The notes beneath the pieces are model-generated. The model made no database searches and was not told where the DNA came from. It worked only from the letters and a program-made list of their open reading frames with translations. Position numbers and translations under genes: made by a program. A stretch of 64,000 nucleotides of DNA. Origin: Octopus vulgaris. Its lineage: Eukaryota. This document shows, piece by piece, positions 38,915-51,242 of this stretch (position 1 is its first letter; every line of letters starts with the position of its first letter). The stretch covers positions 144,398,001-144,462,000 of the forward strand of contig OX597815.1 of assembly GCA_951406725.2 (NCBI GenBank), in the 5' to 3' direction.

Positions 38915-39345
38915 TTTTTTGCAGTTTCAGCTTGGATCTGTGGCCATGCTGGGGCACCACCATTTTGCTACTCTGTTATTTATTACAGAGAGCCTCCTCT
39001 AATATGTGGCAGTTGGTGAAGAATGGAGTTTGACGTCGCTACCCTCATTTGCACCTCTTGCCGTGAGGTAGATCATCTGAGACTCTCGACAGGAAGAGGT
39101 CCAGTTTTGATTTGTAACACCTACATCCACTTTGTGTAGGTCCCTCAGGCTCTTTGAGAGAATACTAAAAAGTTGTGGGCCCCTGAAACCCAGGCTGTTG
39201 CAGTAAGTGGTCCCGAAGTGCGATGGCATCGCTGGGATCTTTGGCACTGTGCAGTGTCAACCCTTTCTGGCATTGGTGAAGCTTTCAATGCCAAAATTTG
39301 GCACAATTCCTTCCAGATGTATATTACTGCATACCTCTCCCGCCT
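38915..39345 (-). mobile_element. CR1/L2-group LINE 3' end inserted into a TTAA-MITE
   Basis: Encodes YCNSLGFRGPQLFSILSKSLRDL..(frameshift)KSKLDLFLSRVSDDLP, a typical RT C-terminus. The flanks (38861-38905 and 39346-39412) are pieces of the TTAA MITE in reverse orientation. A related fragment lies at ~29970-30190. Confidence 0.75.
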
Positions 39346-41725
39346 TTGCTTATTTATTCATATTGTTTTTAATTAATCATGCATTAATTATTTTATAACT
39401 TTGAGATTTCAATCATTTGGTTCTCTTAGGCATTAGACTGTGGCCATACTGGAGCACCACCTTGAAGAATTTCTAAAGCTTTGAACTTATTTTACTGGTC
39501 TTTTGTCAAACTGCCAAGTTATGGGGACATAAGCATCCCAATACCAATTGTCAAGCAATAGTGGGACATACATGCAACACACACACACACACACACACAA
39601 AGTCCTTTCAGTTTCCACCGACCAAATCCATTCACAAGGCCTTGGCAGCCTAAGGTCATAGCAAAAGACACTTGCCCAAGCTGCCATGGGACTGAACCCG
39701 CAACCATGTGGTTGGGAAGCAAGCTTCTGATTAAGCAGAATTAACATCAGAGATACTCCACCTGTCTGTTTTACCTCAAATATAGGTGCAGGCATGGTTG
39801 TGCTGTATGGTTAAGAAACTTGCATTACAGCCACATGGTCTCAGGTTCAGTCCCATTGTGCAACACCTTGTGTCACTGACTCCTTCTATGGCCCTGGGTT
39901 GACTTTCCATCTACTAATTCATACACTGTGAGTGAATTAAGAGATGCAAGTCTGTAGTGTAAAGGTATGAATACACGTAAACACACACACACACACACAT
40001 TTATGTATGTATATGTATGAGACCTTTTGGCATTACGTCGTGCTTGAGAAGACCCCATCAGGCTGAGCAAAATCACAGTTGTGACAGATACCAGTATCAT
40101 GCAAATGGCACCCATACTGGTGGCATGTAAAAACACCCTTTACACTCTGAGTGGTTGGCATTAGGAAGGGTATCCAGTTGTAGAAAACCATGCCAAATCA
40201 GACTGGAGTTTGATGCAGTCTACCAGCTTGCCAGCCCTGGTCAAATTGTCCAACCCATGGACAACAGATGCTAATGGATGATGATGATGATGATGATAAT
40301 GATGGTGATGAATATGTTTGTATGCATCTGTCTGCATTTGCCCCCCCCCCCCCATCACTTGACAGCTGGGGTTTGTTTGCATCCCTAAAATGTTAGCAGT
40401 TTGGTAACACAGATTGACAGAATAATTACCAGATTTTTCACAATTGTTGGTGGTGGTTGGCAGATTTATTTTATTCAACTAACCGTACAGGGTAGTATCA
40501 CAGTCCAATACCTGAAACCGATAAAACAGTGGAAAAACAAAAAAAAAGTCTGTGCACTCTTGATTGGCAGACCATTTAAAAGGCATTGGACAAAATGTTT
40601 TACATTGCAAGTTCAAACCCTGTCAAGGCCAATCATGCCTTTTAGTTTTTTTGAGGTCAATATAAAAAAAAATACCAGTCAAATACTGGTGTCAGTGATA
40701 CTGACTAATCCCATCCTCTCAGAATTATAGGTTTTTGCACCTAAATTACAAATCATTATCAAATGTGGCCTTCTTTTCTAAGAAATTAGGGGTGTGATTT
40801 GAGTAAGATTTAGCTGCTATTTTGGGTAGTAGTAATAAATAGTGATACAAGACATGTGGAAATTATGATGAAAATTGTGATGATGATGGTGGCGGCAGTG
40901 GTTGGCTGGTGATGGTGGTAGCGAGGAAGATTAACTGATAAATCAGGGTGAGGAAATTAGTTATGCTGACCTCTGTGACCTTGTACCTGATAAACAAATT
41001 TTTATTGCTGTTTTATTATTGTCAGATTTTGGATACACATGGAAACAGGGTAAGAATGGTAAGGTTAAGATGTGGTGGTGGGTTGAAAATGGTTTGAGAA
41101 AATTGGCAGAGTTCTGCTTACCAAATGCCATGCCTTTGTCAAGTGCACTGCAAGATGGCCCACTCTGATTGGGAGATGAGCTGTCTGTTTTGCTTATTCT
41201 GAATTTGAGAGTAGATTGTAGACTGAAGCTGCCCCTGACCCTGGGATCTCAGGTTGGGAATGGTAGGGTTGGAGTGGATAATCTTAATTCTGGAGATTGA
41301 AATGTTTAGTTTGTGTCTTTGAATGGTCTGAATTTCCAAGATTAAATTTCAGTGCATGTGCTTAAAATATATCAAGCAGGACACACACATATATACATAT
41401 GTGTGTATGTTTGTATGTATGAATGTAAGTATCTGTCTATGTGTGGGAAGGGACATGGCCTGGTTGTTAGGCATGCTGCACTCACAGTTGTGAGATTGTG
41501 GTATCAATTCCAAGAGTGGCTGCATGTTGCGTTCCTAAGCGAGTAACCCTGCAACACACTAGCCTTCCAATCAGGAGGAATGTTGGCCTGCTCACCTAGG
41601 TTGGCACCATTAAAAAAAGAAAATGAAGTTTAAAAACAATGTAAAGCACATTGTGGTTAGTGATGTATAATAACACCTGACAGTCTGATCAATCAGATGG
41701 TCAGGTGATATATACTATCATCAAA

Positions 41726-42143
41726 ATCGCTGACATGGCCAATGATAGTACTGCCTGATTGGCACTCGTGCCAGTGGAATGTTAAAAGCACATTTGAGCA
41801 TGATCCAGGGCTACAGATGGGCACCTGTGCTGGTGGCACATACAAATCACCATTTGAGCGTGATCATTGCCAGCGTTGCCTTATCGGTACATGTGTCGGT
41901 GGCACATGAAAAACAACATTCGAGCATGGTTGTTGCCAGTGCCACCAGACTGGCTCCCATGCAGGTGGCATGTAAAAGCACCCACTACACTCTCGGAGTG
42001 GTTGGCATTAGGAAGGGCATCCAGCTGTAGAAACTTTGCCAGATCAGATTGGAGCCTGGTACAGCCTTCTGGCTTACCAGTCCTCACTCAAACTGTCCAA
42101 CCCATGCCAGCATGGAAAGCGGATGTTAAACGATGATGATGAT
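41726..42143 (+). mobile_element. RTE LINE 3' UTR copy with (ATG)n tail
   Basis: Same terminal block and subrepeats as 35600. Confidence 0.75.
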
Positions 42144-45100
42144 TGTTTTAACATCCACTTCTCCATGCTTGCATGAGTTAAGCAGAGTTAGTTAAGGTAG
42201 ATTTTTTACACTAGGACATCCTTCTTTTATCAAGATGTGTGTGTGTATCTCTCTCTCTCCCTCTATATACAATTGTGAGTGTGTGTATACACATACACAG
42301 AGATCTTTAAAAGGGGCAGGTTCAGCCAGCACATCAGCCAGGAACTTGCAGAGCCAAGCCAATGTGGTGTCTGTTGAATAGCTGTTGGATCTCTTCCCTG
42401 AAAAAGCAACACAGCTTCTTGAAATTGGAGAAGACTCCCCACCCACCTATGTCAGGAGGAGGAGGGAGAGAGTAAGCATTAAGTTCTGCCTTGTGATTTT
42501 TCTCAGCATCCCTGAATAGACACACACATACACCAACACATCACATCACATACACACATATGCATATATCTGTGTATGCATATATGTACAAACATACATG
42601 CACCCACACACATTTGTTCAACGTTGATTATTCCCTTTTTTGCAACTCTGAAATTACTGCTTTGTGGAATCCTATATCATACAGGGAACAAACTCTGAGT
42701 AGCAATGGAAAGAATCGTCACCTTGGAATTAATAACTATACTCTACTACATGGAATGAGTAATCTTTCTCTTGTTTTTTACATCCAAATATTTTCATACG
42801 AAGAATATTTCTCTTTTTACTGATTCCTGGCATTAGACGGTGGCCATGCTGGAGCATTGCATCATATGATTTACAGTTGGTCATATCAACCTCAGCACTT
42901 ACTTCTGTCAGGTATTTTATCAAAACCTATTTGTTGAACAGCTAAGTCACAGAATACAAAGTCACCAGTTTTTAGACCAGTTCAAACATAAACACAAACA
43001 TGGGCAGAAACACACGTATTTACTCTATACACACATACATATATACACTAGCATCCATACTCATTATATATATATACACACACCACACATACATATTAAT
43101 ACAAACATACATACATATATATATACACCCATACTAACATATATATGCATAAATGTGTGGTTAAAAAATTTGAACTGCACCTACCTCCACTTCCCCTACC
43201 CCTTACTGAATCTACCCTTCACTGACCTTACATCCCTGCTACACCTACACCTGTACTTATATATATATATATCCTTGTTTCTGTACATAAATACATGCTG
43301 AAGCAAATTCCTTACATGTACACACACATGCACCCCTTTGTTTCTGAATCTGTACCCAATTGTTTGCACTTACACCTGTACATGTATACACAGCTGTTCA
43401 TATCTAGCCCAGTTACCTGTGTACTATAAGTATGCATACACCTACTACATACGGGAGGCCTGTGTGTGTATGTGTGTGTGTGTATATATATATGTATATA
43501 TAAACCCATGATGGCAGGGAAAATAGAATTTAAATGATGTTGGTGTGCACATACACACACATATGTATGTCTACATGTATAAACATAAATACATACATGT
43601 CTATGGACATACATATGTTTTGTTGAAAAAAATGCAAACCCTGTTCATTTCTGGCATTTACTCTGTTGATTTTTTTTTAATGAACAGCTGCCCCATGGAT
43701 ATCTTTATGGTTTCGACATCTGGGCAGCACCACTCAATCCAGCAGTGTCAACAGCACTAAAGTGTTGTTTGGGAACAAACATACCAAAGAAAGCACAACT
43801 TTCAAACACATTATAGATATATATATCATCATCATCATCATCATTTAATGTCTGTTGTCTATGCTGGCATGGGTTGGATGGTTTGACTGAGCTGGCATGC
43901 TAGAAGGCTATAACAGACTCCAGTTTGATTTGGTTTGGTTTTCTATGGCTGGAGGCCCTTCCTAACATTGACCACTCTGAGAGTGTAATGGGAGCTTTTA
44001 CATGCCACTGGCACTGGTGCCATTGGCATGACACCGGGGTGTGTTTATGTGCCAATTTGCGTAACACCAGTATCTGCCAAGACTGCGATTTTGCTTAGCT
44101 TGATGGGTCTTCGCAGGCATGACATAATGCCAAAGGTCTCGGTCATCGCCTCCATGAGGCTCAACGCTCTCTCTCTATATATACATATATTTATGTACAT
44201 ACATATATACACACACATTTATGCATACACATACTCACATACACACACATGGTGGACTTCTATAAAGCTTCCATCAACTGGAGTCATTCAGAAGACATTA
44301 GTTAGCCTGGAGCTATAGCAGAAAATGTTTGCTCCAGGAGATGTGCTGTGGGACTGAACTCTGAAACAAGCTGGTCACAAAATGAGCTTCTTAACCCTAT
44401 AGCCATGTCTACTTTTGTATAAAATAATTAAATGAAATAATTACATGAAGGCAGAAGAGAAGACTAACTTCCTGAAATGAAATACAGCTGCCAAACTGGG
44501 TGATGTTAGCAAGTCAGTAGGGGTCCTGAAAACATATGGAGGGGTTCATTCATCCATTTAGGGATCTAGTGAGGAATATTAGGTTCCTAGCATTTATTTT
44601 TATGCATTCAAAAAATTACCATTTTCTACCTATGAAGGAGCTGTGGCTGTTTGACTTGCTAGAAATAACAGCCAATATACCTTCACATCACACGATACAG
44701 TATTAAAAAAAGAGATGGTTTCATTGAGTAACTTCATCCAATATATATTATGTTTACAAAAAAAAAAACAACAAACAAAAGCAAAACTAAGACAGATGGT
44801 CACAGCTGGAATGTCTTTGATCATAGGTTTGATGAATCAACGTTAACCTGAGATTAGACAACTGTTTTCTGCCAGCAATCTTCAAATACATTCAGCTGTT
44901 GTTTAGCCCAAGGTCATCCCTGATCCAAAAGACATTTGATTAAATCTATTCTAGCCATGACTATCCCAACTTTTCCCTATACTCAGTCACAAAGTTTCGA
45001 CAGTTGGATGCCTTTCCTAACACCAACCACTACCAAGAGTGTAGTGGTTGCTTTTTACATGCCACTGGCACGAGAGCCAGTCAGGCGGTACTGGCATCAA

Positions 45101-45358
45101 CCATGCTTGAATGGTGCTTTTTATGTGCCAGCGACATGGGAACCAGTCAGGTGGCACTGGCAATGATCACACTCGAATGATGCTTTTTAGGTGCCACCAG
45201 CATGGGTGTCAATCAGGCGGTACTGTCACCAGCCACGACAATGACTTCACTTGCCTCAACGTCATTGCAAGTGCAGTTTATTGCCCAATGATTGAAGGGT
45301 ACTCTTAAATGGGCTGGTTTTACTGCACTGGCATAGGCCACAGTTACGGGGTCCTCTC

Positions 45359-45393
<35 letters not shown>

Positions 45394-45770
45394 CTTCTTG
45401 ACCTATTTATATTTTTGAATTTTTTTTTCTATATTACTTGCTTCTTTGTTCAGTCCAAGCGATACTGTAACCTTCAGTTAATTAAGGTGATCTCAGTCTG
45501 ATGATTAGCTAAGTTGAGCACTCCTCATTGTATAACTATTACATCGGAGATTCATCTCAGTAAGAAACATATGTAGTGTGCATTTAACCTGTTCCACTCC
45601 CTCAGTTTGGAATTTTTATTCATATCTGTGCCACCACTAGTTGCTGTGAGCTATATAGAAACCCTCAAAACTTCAATATTGGAAAAAGTGTGTCGCTTAT
45701 CATACACAGCACTTTTTGTTTGCTATATGTACCACACACTGCTTGAAGCTTACAAACTTCTTACAGAAAG

Positions 45771-45835
<65 letters not shown>

Positions 45836-45839
<4 letters not shown>

Positions 45840-46025
45840 AAAGTTTACGAAAAAAACAAAAGACAAAGACAGGTGGTGTACAAAACAAACAGATGTATTA
45901 GTATAACGCTCAGGAATAGAAAAAGTCTTTTTACGTTTCGAGCCTACGCTCTTCTACAGAAAGGTACACAGAAAAAACAAAGAGAGAAAAAAATATGTGT
46001 AGTGGCTAATGATCTATCATGGCGT
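45836..46025 (-). mobile_element. Penelope-like pLTR fragment in (TA)n with hammerhead-like core
   Basis: Minus strand cttt-CTGTAGA-aGAGC-gtag-GCTC-GAAA-CG-TA-aaaag (45926-45963); flanked by (TA)n. Confidence 0.55.
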
Positions 46026-46078
46026 ATATATATATATGTATGTATGTATGTATATATATATATATATATACATACATA

Positions 46079-46510
46079 CAGGGGTTGGACAAAATAATGG
46101 AAACATCTAGCATCATAATTTTGAAATATCTATAAAACCATTAAAAGTTTGTTTATTTTAATGTTTTTTGATTTATTATTAGTGTTGTTTTATATATTTT
46201 GCTAAAATTGCTGTTTCTTTTCAGATATCATCAGAAAAAGGTAATTAAAATTCACTGAAAAAACAGATCGGACTTTCAAAGAGGTCAAATTATAGGTGCT
46301 CATATGGCAGGTGCTAGCGAAATGAAAACAGCCGAAATGTTTGGTGTATCAAGAAGTACTGTCTTGAAAGTAATGGCAGCCTTTGAGAATGAGGAAAAAA
46401 CCTCTTCGTCAAAACAAAACTCCGGAAGAAAGCCAAAACTTTCAGACAGGGACTGTTGGACTCTTACACGAATTGTTAGAAAGGATCACAAAAGTACAGC
46501 TCCCAAAATT
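46079..46510 (+). mobile_element. Tc1-like transposon 5' fragment (TIR + DNA-binding domain)
   Basis: TA|CAGGGGTTGGACAAAATAATGGAAAC TIR; translation SDFQRGQIIGAHMAGASEMKTAEMFGVSRSTV...SGRKPKLSDRD (paired-like HTH + GRPR-like motif); truncated at (TA)n. Confidence 0.85.
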
Positions 46511-46659
46511 ATATATATATAAGAATTCATAATTTACATGCCAGTGAACTAGAATGTATACTTAGTATGTACTGGAGAAAATAAGTCATCTTGCAAAATC
46601 CATTGTAGCTCTGAACACATGGTTTGCTCTGCATTACTTTCCCATCAATATATATTCAT

Positions 46660-47030
46660 ACAATTTAGCTCTCTCTCGTGTCATGGCATATTCTTGCCTT
46701 TGACAAATCATGGCTTGTTCCTCCTCCATTTATTTCTGTCTCTCCTCGCAACATCACCCAGGTCTTTCTCACTCTGCGCGTTCATTCTCTTCTTTATCCA
46801 GTCAAACATCTTCATTCTATGCCTTCCTCTCATTCTCTTTCCCACCAGCTCAATCTCCACCATGTAACGCTCTATTCCGTCATCTCTCTAAGAAAACGAC
46901 CAACAAATCTCCACTGTCTCTCTCTGATAATATCCATCAACTGTCTCTTCACTTTCATCTTCTTCAACACTTCCACATTCGCCACTCTCTCTGTACCCAC
47001 GAGATTCTAAGCATTTTTCTTTAAAACCTC
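46660..47030 (-). mobile_element. RTE-clade LINE C-terminal fragment (second subfamily)
   Basis: Minus-strand translation across frameshifts: KMLRISWVQR..NVEVLKKM..QLMDIIRERQWRFVG..GKRMRGRHRMKMFDWI..ARRDRNKWR. Confidence 0.75.
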
Positions 47031-47133
47031 ATTTTAGTAGCTTTAGTATCAGTTTTAGTATAATATCAGCTTTAATTTTAAATCCTGTATAATCACACAA
47101 TTGAAGTGGGGTGGGAGAAGGGACTGACAGCAT

Positions 47134-47562
47134 TCTTTTACTCTTTTACTTGTTTGTCATTTGACTGCGGCCATGCTGGAGCACTGCCTTTATAGTCGAG
47201 CAGCTCGACCCCAGAGCTCATTCTTTGTAAGCCTGGTACTTATTCTATCATTCTCTTTTGCCGAACTGTTAAGTTACGGGGACATAAACACACCAGCATC
47301 GGTTGTCAAGTGATGCTGGGGGAACAAACAGATACACAAACATACACACACACATACATACATACATACATATATATATATACACATACAATACATATAC
47401 TACGGGCTTCTTCCAATTTCCGTCTACCAAATCCACTCACAAGGCTTTGGTCGGCCCGAGGCTATAGTAGAAGACGCTTGCCCAAGGTGGCACACAGTGG
47501 GACTGAACCTGGGACAATGTGGTTGGTAAGCAAGCTACTTACCACACAGCCACTCCTGCGCC
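47134..47562 (-). mobile_element. tRNA-derived SINE, family A
   Basis: Full head, body and tail. Confidence 0.9.
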
Positions 47563-48639
47563 TGCTCGGAAAGAAAACGAAAGTAACAGTATGTAGGGGA
47601 AAGATGAAAATTATATGTTCATCATCATCTAACGTCCGTTGTCCATGCTGGCATGGGTTGGACAGTTGGTGTGTTTAAGAGTGTCTATAAGGGTGAGTAT
47701 TTGCTTGTAGTTGTGTTGGGTGTGAGTCTGTATTTGTAATTGTATGGACACTGTTTATTTAACACTCTGTGTGTGTGTGTGTGTGTTGCCTGTATGTCTT
47801 TTGTTTTTTGTTATCTCTTTGGCTGACAGAATAATAATTTGCTTTTTAATTAACAATTTGGTGATTTTATGTTTTATAATTAGCAATTGAATTCAAAGTG
47901 TTCAAGCAATGTTTTATCAACTACATAATAAACTCCAGTACAAAAGCAGCTTAAACTGCTTGCTTTGCAATAAACTACCTGCATCAGTTGTTAGTTGCCA
48001 AGACATTGCATCCATTAAACCTCCATGCTTCCTGAAATTCTCCAACACTACACCTGATATCCCCACCCCCTCCATATACATGCATACATGTATATCATGA
48101 CTCATACACTGTTCACTTTCCTGACTTTTGTACATCATTCTATGTGTTATATACATGCACCTTTGATGAGTTGTAGTGCACCCGAGCACTATACACAATA
48201 ATTTCATAATTATTATTTTAAATGAATTAGTGAATTCAAAGGGATAGAAGAAACAGCTATGCATTACATATTTTTCAAAAATATATGGAAGCTGTATTAT
48301 GTAACAGTGAAACTGTTAAACGATACATATTCAATTTGTTTTTGAAACATATGTAGTGCATAAATGAAATTACACACACACACATACTCTTTGTTATTTT
48401 TAATCAGCAGAAAGTACAAAAGTGACTCAAAGGCTGAAAGTAGCATAAAACTCTCGGTCTTTGACTTACTTTTGTAATGATTTGTCTTTAAAAATAATAG
48501 AAAAGTATAGGCACAGGGCATGGCTGTGTGGTAAGAAGCTTGCTTCCCAACCACATGGTTCCAGGTTCAATCCCACAGCATGGCAACTTGGGCAAGTGTC
48601 TTCTTCTTTAGGTGGAAACTTAAAGAAACTTATCATGTA

Positions 48640-49095
48640 TGGAAGAGGTTGACCTGGGATGAGGTGGTGAAGCACGACCTTCGAACATTAGGCCTCATTG
48701 AGTCAATGACAAGCAACCGAGACCTTTGGAGATATGCTGTGCTTGAGAAGACCTGGAAAGCTAAGTAGCTATGGCCTATGCCGGTGCTGCATAACTGACC
48801 CATTTAAGAGTTCCCTTCAATTGTTGGGCAATGTGCTGTGCTTGAGAAGACCTATTCAGTCAAGTAAAATTGTTGTCATGATCAATGCCAGTACCACCTG
48901 ACTGGCACCTATGCTGGTGGCACGTAAAAAGCACCCACAACACTCTCAGAGTGGTTGGTGTTGGGAAGGGCATCCAGCTGAAGAAACATTGCCAGATCAG
49001 ATTGGAGCCTGGTGCAACCTCCTGGCTTGCCAGACCTCAGTCAAACTGGCCAACCCATACCAGCATAGAAAGTGGACATTAACAATGATGATGAT
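48640..49095 (+). mobile_element. RTE LINE 3' end (ORF C-terminus + 3' UTR + (ATG)n)
   Basis: TWDEVVKHDLRTLGLIESMTSNRDLWRYAVLEKT runs directly into the ggaagggcatccagctg block and atgatgatg tail. Confidence 0.8.
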
Positions 49096-50225
49096 GTATG
49101 TGTGTGTGTCTTTGTGTTTGTCTCCCACCACTGCTTGACAATCAGTGTTAGCTTGTTTACATCTCTAACTTAGTGGCTCAGCAAAATAGACTGGCAAAAT
49201 AAGTACTAAGCTTAAAAAAAAATGAGGTTAATTTATTAAATTAAATCCTTTAAGGTGGTGCCCCAGCATGGCCACACTCTAATGATTGAAACAAGTAAAA
49301 GATAAAAGGTGACATACTTATGTATTGAGTTCTGTTTCTCGTGTTTGTTCTGCCAACCCCCCCACACACTCACGCACATGTACATGTGTGTGTGCATTTA
49401 AACGTATATAAGTGTTCTTATTTATGTATAAATGTATGTTCCTATATATACATACATGCGTATATGTATGCATGTGTGCCTATATATTCATGTGTGTGTA
49501 ATTATACGTATATATACACATAGCTATAAGTATCTGGATAGACAGATTGGTGAGCCTGCCTGCATGCACTCACCCTCACACATAGATAAACAGTAAGATA
49601 GAAAAGTGACCTACCATGAAAACAGATGGGCAACAGAGACAAATCCAAAACTTGTTATCTACTCATTTGACAAAACAAACAAACAAACAAACAAGGTATA
49701 TAGGTGCAGGAGTGGCTGTGTGGTAAGTAGCTTGCTTATCAACCATAAGGTTCTGGGTTCAGTCCCACTGTGTGGTACCTTGGGCGTGGTACCTTGGGCC
49801 GAGTGGATTTGGTAGACGGAAAATGAAAGCCCGTCGTGTATATATATATATATCATCATCATCATTTAACGTCCGCTTTCCATGCTAGCATGGGTTGGAC
49901 GATTTGACTGAGGTCTGGTGAACCAGATGCCTGCACCAGACTCCAATCTGATCTGGCAGGGTTTCTACAGATGGATGCCCTTCCTAATGCGAACCACTCC
50001 AAGAGTGTAGTGGGTGCTTTTATGTGCCACCAGCACGAGGAGCAGTACTGGTAGTGGCCATGCTCAAATGGTACTTTTTAATGTGCCACCTGCACAGGAG
50101 CCAGTCCAGCAGCACTGGCAACAACCTCACTCGAATGTTTTTTTCACGTACCACTAGCAAAAGTGCCAGTAAGGCAACGCAGGTAACAATCATGCTTGAA
50201 TGGTGCTTTTTATAGGATATATATA

Positions 50226-50391
50226 GGTGTAGGAGTAGCTGTGTGGTAAGTAGCTTGCTTACCAACCACATGGTTCCGGGTTCAGTCCCACTGTGTGGCA
50301 CCTTGGGCATGTGTCTTCTACTATAGCCTTGTGAGTGGATTTGGTAGACAGAAACGGAAAGAAGCCAATCATGTGTATGTATATATGTATG

Positions 50392-50422
<31 letters not shown>

Positions 50423-50471
50423 GTATATATATATGTATATATATATATGTATATGTATATATATATATGTA

Positions 50472-50522
<51 letters not shown>

Positions 50523-50727
50523 TATGTTTGTATGTCTATGTTTGTCCCCCAATATCGCTTGACAACCAATGCCTGTGTGTTTATGTTCCCATCAATTAGC
50601 GGTTCAGCAAGAGAAACCGATAGAGTAAGTGCTAGGCTTACAATGAATAAGTCCTGGGGTTGATTTGCTCGACTAAAGGTGGTGCTCCAGCATGGTCGCA
50701 GTCAAATGACTGAAACAAATACGAGAA
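50226..50727 (+). mobile_element. tRNA-derived SINE, family A, with expanded internal (TA)n/(TATG)n
   Basis: Head at 50226, ~150-bp microsatellite, tail at ~50680-50727. Confidence 0.88.
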
Positions 50728-51242
50728 TATAAGAATATTTACACACATACATGCACACACATGCACGCGCACTGATATATAATAGCAGTGAGCAGAACAC
50801 ACAGAGGCTGGCACACAGAGACACTCGCCAGCATAAATACACAAAGTCCTTCAGCAATTACATACACACCACAGGATCAAAACATCAAACACATATACAC
50901 ACATTTGTATACATAAACATAACAGCAACAACAACACAAAAGCAATCACCAAACAACCAGGAAAAAGTCAGACACTGCAAAAACATTGCAAAGGTTACAG
51001 ATGTGTGGTGAAAGATTTTGACAAATTAATTAAATCCTCCTGCTGTGACTGTCATAATAATTCTTTCAAATTTTGGTACTACGCCAGCAATTTTAGGGGA
51101 AGTGGGGGTGCTTGTTGGTTACATCGACCCCAGCACCTCTGAGAGGATGAAAAGCAATGTTGACCTTGGCAGAATTTGAACTCAGAATCTCAAGAATTAG
51201 AAGGAAAGCATTTTGTTTAGCCGCATTTCAACAATAATAATA

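Noticed and set aside
42334-42525. Minus-strand AG/GT-bounded segments (DAEKNHKAELNAYSLPPPPDI)
   Set aside because: Weak splice sites and no ankyrin or other recognisable homology.
47969-48021. 53-nt minus-strand exon candidate (KHGGLMDAMSWQLTTDA)
   Set aside because: Weak polypyrimidine tract, ends in phase 1 (incompatible with the terminal exon), no homology recognised.
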